Source: a bacterium (GTDB lineage Bacteria > UBA8248). Taken from it: a stretch of 64,000 bases of DNA. Shown here piece after piece: positions 9,361 through 18,592 of this stretch (within the stretch, counting starts at the first letter, position 1; each line of letters begins with the position of its first letter). The DNA is taken from contig OZ242260.1 of assembly GCA_965207065.1 (NCBI GenBank), positions 224,001 to 288,000 on the forward strand, written 5' to 3'. The notes below the pieces were generated by a model. It ran no database searches, had not been told where the DNA came from, and saw only the letters and a list, made by a program, of their open reading frames with translations. Both the position numbers and the translations under genes were made by a program.

Positions 9361-10476
9361 CTATTCAAAATCCTCAGGCTGAACCGGAAGCGATACCGCC
9401 CTTCCGGTTTTGGCCGATTGATCCATCGCCAGGCACAGCATCAAGTTCTCGTGCGCTTCGCGCGCGGTGGTGTGCGGCGTTTGGACACCCAGATATATCC
9501 TGTCGAACCACGAGCGCGTCTCCTCGCGCATGGGCCCCCAGAGCTGGTCGAACACCAGGTCCCCCGGCGGATAGCTGGTGAGAAAACTCACGTTGCGCTC
9601 CTGCTTCAGACGCGAGGATTCGTGCGGCTCCGCGGTGGCGAAGACGATGTCGCGGTGCGTGTCGTCTATCGTGAGCACGCCCCCCGTCCCCACGACCCCC
9701 AGTTCGAGCGAATAGACCTCCGCCGGCCAGACGCGCGGCAGCGCCCAGCTCACGTTCATGCTCCATATCGTCCCGTCCTCATAGGTGACGATGGCGAACG
9801 TGGAATCTTTCGTGAGGTATGGCGCCATCGCCTTGTCCACAGAGCGCGCGTAGACCTCGACGGGACGATGCCCCTCCAGGAGCCAGGAACACAAGTCCAC
9901 GCTGTGGGTGCCGGAGATGACCATGGGGGTGAACTTCGTCGGGAACTCGGTTTTGGTGGAATTCGCCACCGGGTTCATGCGGTTCAGGAAGGCGCGGCCC
10001 GTCACGGAGGAGACGTCGCCCAACTCGCCCGAGCGAATCTTCTCCTTCGCCACCAGAAAACGTCGGCGGAACCGCTGCGTATAGCCCAGAACGGCGTCGA
10101 TACCTGCGTCGTCGACCGCGCGCACCAGCCTCGCGGATACGTCGGCGTCCACCGCCAGGGGTTTTTCGACCAGCATCCGGTGGCCTCGCTCCACGCCGAT
10201 GAGGATGGGCTCCAGCCGCTCGTTCGCGTAGGTGGCCAGAACGGTGGCGTTCACCTCATCGCGCTTCAAGAGTTCGCGGTAATCGGTGGTGAAAAAATCG
10301 GCCTGGACGTCTTCGGCCAGTTTTCGGCCCACCTTCTCGTCGATATCGCACAGACCCATCCATTCGACCGCCGCGTTCTGGCGCGCGAACTCCGCTCGGA
10401 TGCGCCCGATCTTACCGCATCCCACCACCGCGAGGCCGATGGGCTTTCTCGCATTAACCGATACGTTCATGAACAT
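9361..10476 (-). CDS. Gfo/Idh/MocA family oxidoreductase (paralog of 7838-8968)
   Basis: VVGCGKIG, VEKPLA, GYTQRFRRR and TPMVISGTH are shared with the neighbouring gene. Confidence 0.9.
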   Translation of the reverse strand: MFMNVSVNARKPIGLAVVGCGKIGRIRAEFARQNAAVEWMGLCDIDEKVGRKLAEDVQADFFTTDYRELLKRDEVNATVLATYANERLEPILIGVERGHRMLVEKPLAVDADVSARLVRAVDDAGIDAVLGYTQRFRRRFLVAKEKIRSGELGDVSSVTGRAFLNRMNPVANSTKTEFPTKFTPMVISGTHSVDLCSWLLEGHRPVEVYARSVDKAMAPYLTKDSTFAIVTYEDGTIWSMNVSWALPRVWPAEVYSLELGVVGTGGVLTIDDTHRDIVFATAEPHESSRLKQERNVSFLTSYPPGDLVFDQLWGPMREETRSWFDRIYLGVQTPHTTAREAHENLMLCLAMDQSAKTGRAVSLPVQPEDFE

Positions 10477-10555
10477 CCCTTTGATTGGAGAGCGTTAATT
10501 CAAAACGGGCGCATCTTCCCACCCGGGCCCTTCGCGGCGCAAGCTGGGGTTCGAT

Positions 10556-10882
10556 TCAAACCGGGACGCGGTAGATACCCGGTTGCAACTCTCCAGAAAG
10601 AGTTGCGATTACTTCAGAGACGAGGGGCTGTAGCTCCTGTAACCGGTTTCTGGAGGCGATCATGATGATGACGGGAATCGCCAGTTCGGAGAGGTTCTGT
10701 TGGTATTCGATCCCCTGATCCACCGTGATGAAAGCGTCGAATCCACTCTCGGCCGCCATGCGCAACAAATCACCGTTCTTGCTACCCGCCCAGTCCATCT
10801 GCTGGACCGTGCGCACTTCGAATGAACCAGAGAATAACGAACCGAGCCGCCTGGGAACCGACTCGTCAAGCAGCAGTTTCAT
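10556..10882 (-). CDS. DUF5615 / PIN-like toxin (VapC45-like)
   Basis: MKLLLDESVP, GSKNGDLL and FITVDQGIEYQQN motifs. Confidence 0.85.
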   Translation of the reverse strand: MKLLLDESVPRRLGSLFSGSFEVRTVQQMDWAGSKNGDLLRMAAESGFDAFITVDQGIEYQQNLSELAIPVIIMIASRNRLQELQPLVSEVIATLSGELQPGIYRVPV

Positions 10883-11090
10883 CGGCGCCGCTGGTGAGCA
10901 TCCCCTTCGCGCGTTCGAGCGCTCCGAGCGCCTGCTCTCGCGACACCGTCGGGAAGTCTTCCAGAAAATCGTCGAGCCTGTCGCCTGCTTCGAGATGCTC
11001 CATCAGAGTGCGCACAGGGACCCTAGTGCCTGCGAATACCGGAGTTCCTCCGAGGATATCCGGGTTTCTCTCGATAAGCGTATCGGACAT
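10866..11090 (-). CDS. DUF433 antitoxin
   Basis: NPDILGGTPVFAGTRVPV and DDFLEDFPTV motifs; overlaps the toxin start; AGGAG RBS before ATG 11090. Confidence 0.88.
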   Translation of the reverse strand: MSDTLIERNPDILGGTPVFAGTRVPVRTLMEHLEAGDRLDDFLEDFPTVSREQALGALERAKGMLTSGADETAA

Positions 11091-11298
11091 CGCACACTCC
11101 TTGAACACGGCGCAATAGTGAGAATCAAAGGCGCTCACAGTTTCTATTCTTCACCAAACCACCTTCCTGCACAACTCACGATAAAGAACGGCATCAAGCG
11201 CAAGCTGGGGCATAAAGACCGCCGCGGTTCCAATAATTCGCGTTTCATCGGAAAATGGGACATTCTCATGAAACCTGAATACCAAAAGGAGTGATACC

Positions 11299-11949
11299 GT
11301 GTCCCGCGTACCCATGCTTGAATCAGGCGCCGACGACCCCGTTGTGAACCACCTCTTCGACCATGCGGGCGTCCTGCTGAACCGAATCCCGAACGCCTGG
11401 CGCGTGATGGCGAACCAGCCGTTCATCACGAAGTTCATGCTGCCGCTCACCTCGTCTCTCCTGCGCCAGGGCCTCGGTTCGGCCCTCGACACCAGGACGA
11501 AGGAACTCGCCATCATCAACACCAGCCGTCTCAACAACTGCGCCTACTGACTGGCGCACAACACGCCGGTTGGTCAATCGGTGGGCATCACGGAGGCAGA
11601 TATCGCCGCCATCAGCGCGGGCGATTACAGTTCCTTCACCGAAAAAGAGCGCGCCGTCCTGCTCTGGGCGGAGCACGTCACGCTCAATACGGCCAGGGAG
11701 CGGGACGACGTATTCGAGGAGGTAAAGCAACATTTCGACGACACGGAAATCGTGGAACTCACCATGGTCATCACCTACTTCAACATGAGAAACAAGTTCA
11801 ACGACGCGCTGGGGATTCCCATCGAGGCGCAGGATGAGATCGACAGGAACAAGATCCGCCGCAAGAACCCCGATGATCTCAAGGCCTATCTCGAAGCCCT
11901 GCTCGCCGACTGGCCGGATGAATTCCCCGAGGCGGGAAGCCGCGCATGA
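11299..11949 (+). CDS. AhpD / carboxymuconolactone decarboxylase-like selenoprotein (CxxU; Sec at TGA 11548-11550)
   Basis: ORFs 11299-11550 and 11581-11949 are in the same frame and separated only by TGA. The join reads KELAIINTSRLNN-C-A-Y-U-LAH, matching the AhpD CxYC-xx-H motif. A downstream hairpin is present. Confidence 0.88.
11564..11583 (+). promoter_or_regulatory. Putative bacterial SECIS hairpin
   Basis: Stem CGCCGGTT / AATCGGTG (includes G-U pairs) with loop GGTC. The loop starts with G and follows the UGA after 21 nt. Confidence 0.65.
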
Positions 11950-13292
11950 CGAAAACCCTCATCCGAAACGCTGCGATTCTCTCGATGGACCCCGAGGTCG
12001 GGGAGATCGAGTGCGGCGACGTCTTGATCGAGGGTGCGCAAATTTCCGCGGTCGGCGAGAGTCTCCCGGTAGCCGATTCAGAGACCATCGACGCGGCCGG
12101 CATGATCCTCCTGCCCGGCCTCATCAACGCCCACATGCACACCTGGCAGACCGCGATTCGAGGCCTGGGCGGAGACTGGGGCGGGCGCAGCTATTTCGAA
12201 ATTGCGCATGAGACCATGGCTCCGCGCTACCGGCCCGAGGACGTCTACATCGCGACACTTGTGGGCGCGTGGTCGCAGATTGACGCCGGAACGACGACGC
12301 TTTTCGACTGGTGCCACAACAACCCCACGCCCGAGCACACCGACGCAGGAATCGACGCTCTTGAAGAGTCCGGCATCCGCGCCCTTTTCGGGCACGGCAC
12401 GCCCAAGCCGAAACCCAGAACGGGCGAGCCTCATTATTCGCTAATCCCGCATCCGGTGAGCGAGATAAAACGGTTGCGGACGGGCCGCCTGGCCTCTGAC
12501 GAAGGCCGCATAACTCTGGCGATGGCCATTCTGGGCGCCGATTATTCTCCCCTCGAAGTGGCGCTTCACGACATGCGCCTGGCGCGCGAATACGGGCTCC
12601 TGTCGAGCGCGCACATCTGGGGCGACGCGAGCAGGAAGGTGCAGGGCGGGTACCACATACTTGCAAAAGAGGGCGTTCTGGGTCCCGACCACAACCTCGT
12701 GCACTGCAACTACGTGGGCGATGAGGAGTTGAAGATCATCATCGACTCGGGCGCATCCGTCACCGCCACGCCCTCCGCCGAGATGCAGACGAACCGGGGC
12801 GAGGCCGTCTGCGGGCGCGTGAGCGCGCTTGGCGGCAGGCCGTCCCTCGGTGTGGATCTCGAGACCTACGTCAGCGGGAACATGCTCCACGCCATGCGCC
12901 ACGCTCTTCAGGTCCAGCGGATTTTCGATAACCGCCGCCTGGACGAGAGCACCTATCGCGCGCCTGCCCTTTCATTCTCGGCGCGCGACGCGCTCGCGTG
13001 GGCCACCATCAACAACGCGCACTCCATGGGCATGGCGGAGAGAATCGGCTCCATAACGCCCTGGAAGCAGGCCGACCTCATACTCATCCGAAAAGAAGAT
13101 ATTAATATGACGCCCGCCGGAGACCCGGCCCGCGCCGTCGTCTTCTATGCGGAACGCTCGAACGTGGATACCGTCTTCATCGCAGGGGCAAAAGTGAAAG
13201 CGGGCGGAAAGCTGCTCGTGGATTCAGGTAAAATCGACCGGGCGAAGGAGCAGCTTACAGAATCCGCGCGTTGGATTACTGAATCGCCTTGA
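11946..13292 (+). CDS. Metal-dependent amidohydrolase (AtzA/TrzA/SsnA-like)
   Basis: PGLINAHMHTWQ, AGTTT and SLGVD motifs; ATGA overlap with the upstream selenoprotein gene. Confidence 0.88.
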   Translation: MTKTLIRNAAILSMDPEVGEIECGDVLIEGAQISAVGESLPVADSETIDAAGMILLPGLINAHMHTWQTAIRGLGGDWGGRSYFEIAHETMAPRYRPEDVYIATLVGAWSQIDAGTTTLFDWCHNNPTPEHTDAGIDALEESGIRALFGHGTPKPKPRTGEPHYSLIPHPVSEIKRLRTGRLASDEGRITLAMAILGADYSPLEVALHDMRLAREYGLLSSAHIWGDASRKVQGGYHILAKEGVLGPDHNLVHCNYVGDEELKIIIDSGASVTATPSAEMQTNRGEAVCGRVSALGGRPSLGVDLETYVSGNMLHAMRHALQVQRIFDNRRLDESTYRAPALSFSARDALAWATINNAHSMGMAERIGSITPWKQADLILIRKEDINMTPAGDPARAVVFYAERSNVDTVFIAGAKVKAGGKLLVDSGKIDRAKEQLTESARWITESP

Positions 13293-13456
13293 AGTAGAAG
13301 TTGTTGGCAATTCCGGACTCAATTCCGACGAATCAGGCATTGCCGAATGAGGCTTGAGGTGGGTGGGTAAAAACATCAACACAATTGATTCTCGCCAGGG
13401 AATAACCGCCCGGACCACGGACAATAACGCATGGCGCGTCACGTGGTTTAAGTGGA

Positions 13457-13684
13457 TTATTCCCGGAGAGAGGACGAATCGGGATCAAGCGGCGTCGCCT
13501 GATTCGCTTCCTCGCCTTTGAGAACAGCGCCGCGCATGGCCTCTACTTTCGTCTCGTGCTCTTCGAGTAGCCGAAGCCCGGCGCGCACCACGTCGCTTGC
13601 CGAGTTGTAGCGCCCCGATTTAACCCGCTTGCTGATGAAAGCCATAAAATGATCCCCGAGCGAAACCGATGTATTCCGTGGCAT
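13457..13684 (-). CDS. parD: ParD-family antitoxin (CC2985 / ribbon-helix-helix type), apparently orphan
   Basis: MPRNTSVSLGDHF...SGRYNSASDVVRAGLRLLEE; GGAGG RBS before ATG 13684. Confidence 0.82.
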   Translation of the reverse strand: MPRNTSVSLGDHFMAFISKRVKSGRYNSASDVVRAGLRLLEEHETKVEAMRGAVLKGEEANQATPLDPDSSSLRE

Positions 13685-14058
13685 GAGAACCTCCCTTACA
13701 GGCGCAATGGCGTAGCATATTGTAAAAACTGAGCGTCCCAACCTGCGATACGAATGACCGCTTCAGCGCATCAACCCAAATTATCGATAAGGCGTGGTAG
13801 CCCTCGCGCCACGAGACATGATTCGGGAATCATCAAGCAGGCTTACGAAACCGCCCCTCGTGGCAAACAGTGTCGGTGTGCTCGTTGCCAGGATGGAGTC
13901 GCATGTATCCAGCTATCCAGTCCTGGCCTACGGTATTCGGGGTTGGCCAATTCCTTCCCCGTGGTAATTCTTCTGCGTCGCAACATTCTTGAAACCAGAA
14001 TACCAAGTTTAGCGGAGAAATTCCACTCCACCATTCATGGTTAGTTGACCCGAAGAGG

Positions 14059-14160
14059 ATTGCGTAGGATCGATCCTCCGCGCACATCCTGAACACGGAG
14101 GTGCGGTCCGTGAGCAGGTCGTACATTGGGAGACTGACGCAGAGGCCGACCCTACGCAAT
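14059..14160. repeat. Degenerate GTAG-type REP doublet (REPIN-like)
   Basis: ATTGCGTAGGATCG (14059-14072) versus CGACCCTACGCAAT (14147-14160) is a 13/14 inverted match. Confidence 0.6.
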
Positions 14161-14666
14161 GCTCATTTCGTCATGCCCCGCTCTTCAAGGCGGGGGTTTG
14201 CTTGTTCCTCGCTTTCGCCTGAGATTGTTTCGCCGAATCTCAGGATATTGAAACCCTGGTTTCCTGACAGTGCGGGCCCCATATATCCCTGTTGACCCAC
14301 AATTACTGAAATACCAATCATAATCATTAAAATACCAATCGAATTACATTACTTCAAGTTGAATAAATTTATAAATCCAGGAGCCCTGATCCTCACTCCT
14401 CCTCTTGCCACCGCCCGTACGCTTCCGCATGCGCGCAACACTCGTTACGCCTTAGCACACGCGTTTCATCTATCGGAGTATTGGGATGACGCCAGACCAG
14501 AAGTATGGCCCGGCAGGCTCAGCGGAGAATCACGGAAACGCTCCCACGCGAAAGTGGCGAGAAATTCCCGCAAGTCATCCAAATTCCAAAGAAATGATTC
14601 CATGGGTACTTCAGCGAAGCTGCCGGATCAAAGGGCGTGAAACCCTTTAACTTCCATATTCAATAG

Positions 14667-14960
14667 TCAGCCCCCGTTGTTGCGCGCACCGCTCCTGCGT
14701 CCATCGCTACTACGACCACTGCGCCAGCGGGTGATGTGGATGACCAGAACGACGAGGGCGTCGTCCTGCACTTCGTAAATCACCCGGTATTCACCCACGA
14801 GGAGCCGCCTGAGCCCCCGTGCATCCCCCTTGAGCGCGTGGCCCAGCAATGGCTGCTCCGCCAGTCGGTCGATGGCCTCTGCAATTCGCTTGCGATCCGC
14901 AATATCGAGGCGTTCCAACTCCCTGGCAGCGCTTTGTTTAATTTGTATCGAGAAATTCAC
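14667..14960 (-). CDS. RelE/ParE family toxin with an atypical C-terminus
   Basis: SAARELERLD, LKGDARGLRRLLVGEYRVIYEV motifs; overlaps the antitoxin stop. Confidence 0.82.
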   Translation of the reverse strand: MNFSIQIKQSAARELERLDIADRKRIAEAIDRLAEQPLLGHALKGDARGLRRLLVGEYRVIYEVQDDALVVLVIHITRWRSGRSSDGRRSGARNNGG

Positions 14961-15159
14961 GCCTTACCTGATCCCAGTCGAGCACCGGATCGTTCGGGTC
15001 GCGCAGCCGATCCACGGCTACCGAAAGATCGTCAAATTCTTCTAGATAACGCTCGATCGCCTGCCGGATAATTTCAGCTCGGCTCCGTTTGAGTCGGTTC
15101 GCCGCCTCATCCAGCGCATCGACCACCTCATTCGGCAAACGTGCGGTTATTTGAGTCAT
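14938..15159 (-). CDS. Ribbon-helix-helix antitoxin (RelB/CopG-like)
   Basis: MTQITARLP...LKRSRAEIIRQAIERYLEEFDD, acidic C-terminus, located upstream of the toxin. Confidence 0.85.
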   Translation of the reverse strand: MTQITARLPNEVVDALDEAANRLKRSRAEIIRQAIERYLEEFDDLSVAVDRLRDPNDPVLDWDQVRREFLDTN

Positions 15160-15175
15160 AATGAGTCCACCTCAC

Positions 15176-15217
15176 TGTGATGTCAAATACATTACAACTT
15201 AGCGGCCTTGGAGTCAA
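15176..15217 (-). promoter_or_regulatory. TA operon promoter with an autoregulatory operator
   Basis: Minus strand TTGACT-N17-TAATGT; inverted repeat TGTGATGT-N5-ACATTACA (15176-15196) overlaps the -10. Confidence 0.6.
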
Positions 15218-15259
15218 CAAAAAAATGCGATCACTCCATCATCCTACCACCCCACCACT

Positions 15260-16723
15260 TTAATACCCATCATCCGCGTAATCGCCCGGCGTAGGCGTAG
15301 CGCCGATTTTTGCGGTTTCGATAACGTGGTCGCGTCCGCCGAGCCGTTCGATGAGAGCCGCCTGATCGCGCTTGGCGCGCGCATCCACCTCTATCGGGTC
15401 AATAAAAACACGCAAGTCGCTTTCGAATTCACGGATTACCGCCTCCCTGCCGGGTTTTCCTGCGAGGTCGTCCTGCTCCTCGGGATCCGTTTCCAGGTCA
15501 TATAACTCAGGCGGGTAGCCCACGTAGTAGATGAATTTCTTCTTGCCCTTCCGGATGAGGTAGGCCGCCGTCTCCGCGCCCGAAGCGTGGTATTCGCTGA
15601 ATACCGCCCGTTCGGGGTCAAAAGGCGCGCGCGCGATCTCATACAGTGAACGGCCCGTGCGGGTCTTGTCATTATCATCTGGTGCAACGCCCACGGATTC
15701 GAGGATGGTGGGATAAAAATCGAGCAGCGATACGGGCGTCTCGACCACAGCGCCCGCCTCGACGTCCGGCCCGGCCATCATGAGCGGCACGGCGGCCGAT
15801 TCCTCGTACATCGTGCCCTTGCCCCAGGTTCCCCGCGCGCCCAGGTTCTCGCCGTGATCACTCGCGAAGACGACGCGGGTGGATTCCGCGAGACCCGAGC
15901 GATCGAGACTTTCCAGCACATGGCCCACCAGATCGTCCAGAAACGTGCAAAGCCCGAAGTATGAGGCGATGGCGACCCGCCTTTTCTCGTCGTCGAAAAA
16001 ACTGTCAGACGGCACGTATTTGCGGTACGCCTCTATCCACGGATGCCGGGGGCGTCCATCCAGCGCATGGGCCTTGGGCATGGGCACGGCGTCGGTCGGA
16101 TACATCTCGAAATACTTCTTCGGCGCCATCAGGGGGAAATGCGGCGAGACGAAGGAGACGAAGGTCATCCAGGGTTTCCGGCCGTCACAATATTGTTCCG
16201 CCTCGTTCTCCAGCCACGAGCAGGCTTTTTCGGCGATGTCCAGGTCGTAGTTCGAATAGCTCGTCTCGCCCGGACCGATCTCGCGCGCGAGCTTATCCGC
16301 CTTCTGGACGATCAATTCATCCCGGATGGAGCCGAGCACGCTGCCCACGCCGCCGTCACGCGCGTGCATGGGCAAGATTTGCTCATCGAATCCGGTGGGG
16401 TCGTTGATGTTCCTGTAATGGAGCTTGCCGATGGAGGTGACGCGGTGGCCCTCGGCTTGCAAGCGATGCCCCCAACCGGTGGGTTCGCCCGTATAAGGGC
16501 TCGCGTTGTCCCAACAGCCGATCTCGTGCACGTAGCGGCCCGTGGCGAAACTCGCCCGCGCGGCCGTGCAGATCGGGGAATTCGTATAGGCGCTCGTAAA
16601 CCGCGCGCCCGAGGCCGCCAAACGGTCGATGTTCGGGGTTTTCACCATCGGGTGTCCGTAGCAGCCGAGCGTTCTGACGCTCAATTCATCCGCCATGATG
16701 ACGAGCAAATTCATCGGTTTCAT
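15260..16723 (-). CDS. Sulfatase (choline-sulfatase-like, Cys type)
   Basis: NLLVIMADE, SPICTAARASFATGRY (CxAxR), GKLH, PHFP and SDHGE motifs. Confidence 0.88.
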   Translation of the reverse strand: MKPMNLLVIMADELSVRTLGCYGHPMVKTPNIDRLAASGARFTSAYTNSPICTAARASFATGRYVHEIGCWDNASPYTGEPTGWGHRLQAEGHRVTSIGKLHYRNINDPTGFDEQILPMHARDGGVGSVLGSIRDELIVQKADKLAREIGPGETSYSNYDLDIAEKACSWLENEAEQYCDGRKPWMTFVSFVSPHFPLMAPKKYFEMYPTDAVPMPKAHALDGRPRHPWIEAYRKYVPSDSFFDDEKRRVAIASYFGLCTFLDDLVGHVLESLDRSGLAESTRVVFASDHGENLGARGTWGKGTMYEESAAVPLMMAGPDVEAGAVVETPVSLLDFYPTILESVGVAPDDNDKTRTGRSLYEIARAPFDPERAVFSEYHASGAETAAYLIRKGKKKFIYYVGYPPELYDLETDPEEQDDLAGKPGREAVIREFESDLRVFIDPIEVDARAKRDQAALIERLGGRDHVIETAKIGATPTPGDYADDGY

Positions 16724-16778
16724 CGCAAAATATCTCTCATTGAATGGGGAATATGAAGGAGGAACGCAGCGCTTCGCC

Positions 16779-17654
16779 TCACATGTGCGGCCACACCGGG
16801 TCCGTCCGGTTGCCGAGCGGACCGGAAGGGTGCTCTTCCAGGTAATCGTAGATGTTGCCGAGCCCTCCCTTTCTCAGCATGGTGAGGCGCTCGCCCAGGT
16901 GATCCATGCTGTTCAAGTCGGTCTCATACACCTCGAACACCTTGTCCTGCACTTCCTCGCGGCTGAGTCCCCCGTTCTTGAGGACCCTGACCTTATCTAT
17001 CAGCTCATGGAGCTTCTCGCGCTGGCGGGGTATCTCGTTTTTTTGACAAGGCCTCCCGTGCCCGGGCACGTACCAGTCCACGTCCAGGGCTTCGAGCACG
17101 CCCAGCGACTGGAACCAGCCCCACACGTCGGCGGAATGGCACGCCACGTTGAATGCGGGCGTCAAGTTGTCCGCCGTGAAGGCGACGCGATCATCCACCG
17201 CGTGGACGACCGTCTGCCCGCGCGTGTGGCCGGGGGATTCGATGAGGATGAACGTCTTGCCGCCCAGGCGTATCGTCATGCGCCCCTTGTAGGTGATGTC
17301 GGGGGGCCTGAGCTCGAAACCATCGAGCAGCGCCTCGTTCTCGGGGTCATACTTGAGCATGCGCTCCTTGCCATCTTCCGGCGTGGCGATGGAGGTGTAG
17401 AAGTCCGCATAGGTGATCTCGCTCGAAATGATCCGCTCGGGCTGCAAGAACCAGTTCGCCGCGATGTGATCCTGATGGTGCTCGGTATTGACGAGATAGC
17501 GAAGCGGGCCCTTCTCGGCGACAAATTCGCGCCAGGCGATGGCTTCCGAGGGCCGCATGGGGCCGTCTATCGCGATGACGCCGTCATCCGTCACCACCAT
17601 GCCCAACGTCGGGTAGCAATCATAAAAAAATACGTTGTCGGTCAACTGTTCCAA
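16779..17654 (-). CDS. MBL-fold metallo-hydrolase (cyclase-like)
   Basis: NTEHHQDH, PGHT, FTAD and VPGHG motifs; TTG start with AGGAGG RBS. Confidence 0.85.
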   Translation of the reverse strand: MEQLTDNVFFYDCYPTLGMVVTDDGVIAIDGPMRPSEAIAWREFVAEKGPLRYLVNTEHHQDHIAANWFLQPERIISSEITYADFYTSIATPEDGKERMLKYDPENEALLDGFELRPPDITYKGRMTIRLGGKTFILIESPGHTRGQTVVHAVDDRVAFTADNLTPAFNVACHSADVWGWFQSLGVLEALDVDWYVPGHGRPCQKNEIPRQREKLHELIDKVRVLKNGGLSREEVQDKVFEVYETDLNSMDHLGERLTMLRKGGLGNIYDYLEEHPSGPLGNRTDPVWPHM

Positions 17655-17695
17655 TCGTCCATCCTCCTGAACGGCATCCGGTAAGATAGCCTTAC

Positions 17696-18580
17696 TTAAT
17701 CATTCAAACCCGCCTCACGCTCGAACCACTCTCGTATGACACCCTGGTCGAGATCGCCCAATCCCATATCCATCGCGCCCTGGTACGCCTTCCCGACCGC
17801 GTCGATCACCGGTGCGGAAGCGCCGTTTTCACGGGCGAACTCGCGGATCAGCCCCAGGTCCTTGTGCATGAGGGCGAGGGCGAACTTCACGGGTTCATAT
17901 TCCTTTTTCCTCAGCCCCCAGCCGCGCGTGTTCATCACGCGGAACACGGTGCTCGAATAGAGATATTCCATCATCTGGTCCGGGTCCAGGCCCGACTTCA
18001 CTCCGAGGGTGAACCCTTCCGCCAGAGCGCATAGCTGGGCCGAGACGAGATGGTTCGTGATGAGCTTCATCCTGAGTCCCGATCCGTTGGGGCCGAAATA
18101 ATCGAGCAACTCGCACGCGGAATCAAGCACCGCGCGATGCGCGTCCAGCACCTCTTTCTCTCCTCCCACCATGAAGCCGATTTTCGCATCGCGCGCGATG
18201 ATGGCGTTTCCGCTGATGGGGGCGTCCAGGAAATGAAAGCCGCGGCTCGCGGCCTCTTCGGCGACGGCAATGCTCTCCTCGGGCAGGATGGTGGAAAAAT
18301 CGAAACACACAGCACCTTCTTTCGCTGTGAGCAGCGCGCCCTTCTCGCCCAGGTAGGCGTCGCGCACGTGCTCTCCTTTCGGGACCGAACTGCACACATA
18401 GTCCGCCTCCCGGGCCGCCTCGGCGGGAGATTCGAAGACGGGGATGCCGGCTTCTTTCGCCGCCTCCTGCGCCGCCGGACTCGGGTCGCAGCCCACGACT
18501 TCGAAGCCCGCCTTCTTCATATTCGCGGCGACGGCCCCGCCCATGTTGCCGAGCCCTAGAAATGCGATTCTCTTCGCCAA
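17696..18580 (-). CDS. NAD(P)-dependent oxidoreductase, 3-hydroxyisobutyrate dehydrogenase family
   Basis: FLGLGNMG, DAPISG, MVGG, KLITN and F..ALMHKDL motifs. Confidence 0.9.
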   Translation of the reverse strand: MAKRIAFLGLGNMGGAVAANMKKAGFEVVGCDPSPAAQEAAKEAGIPVFESPAEAAREADYVCSSVPKGEHVRDAYLGEKGALLTAKEGAVCFDFSTILPEESIAVAEEAASRGFHFLDAPISGNAIIARDAKIGFMVGGEKEVLDAHRAVLDSACELLDYFGPNGSGLRMKLITNHLVSAQLCALAEGFTLGVKSGLDPDQMMEYLYSSTVFRVMNTRGWGLRKKEYEPVKFALALMHKDLGLIREFARENGASAPVIDAVGKAYQGAMDMGLGDLDQGVIREWFEREAGLND

Positions 18581-18592
18581 ACCCGCTCCTCC

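Noticed and set aside
11299-11949. Pseudogene or two separate small genes
   Set aside because: The only interruption is a TGA at a conserved Cys position followed by a SECIS-like hairpin, so selenocysteine is the simpler explanation.
13224-13442. Cognate parE toxin downstream of parD
   Set aside because: Only the first few residues faintly resemble a ParE start. The rest has no ParE motifs and overlaps the amidohydrolase on the opposite strand.
13754-14640. Small ORFs in the parD-relE spacer
   Set aside because: They overlap on both strands with no motif or RBS support and partly consist of repeat sequence.
10556-15159. Integron cassette array (several TA modules)
   Set aside because: No attC-like RYYYAAC...GTTRRRY structures after the genes and no intI were recognised.
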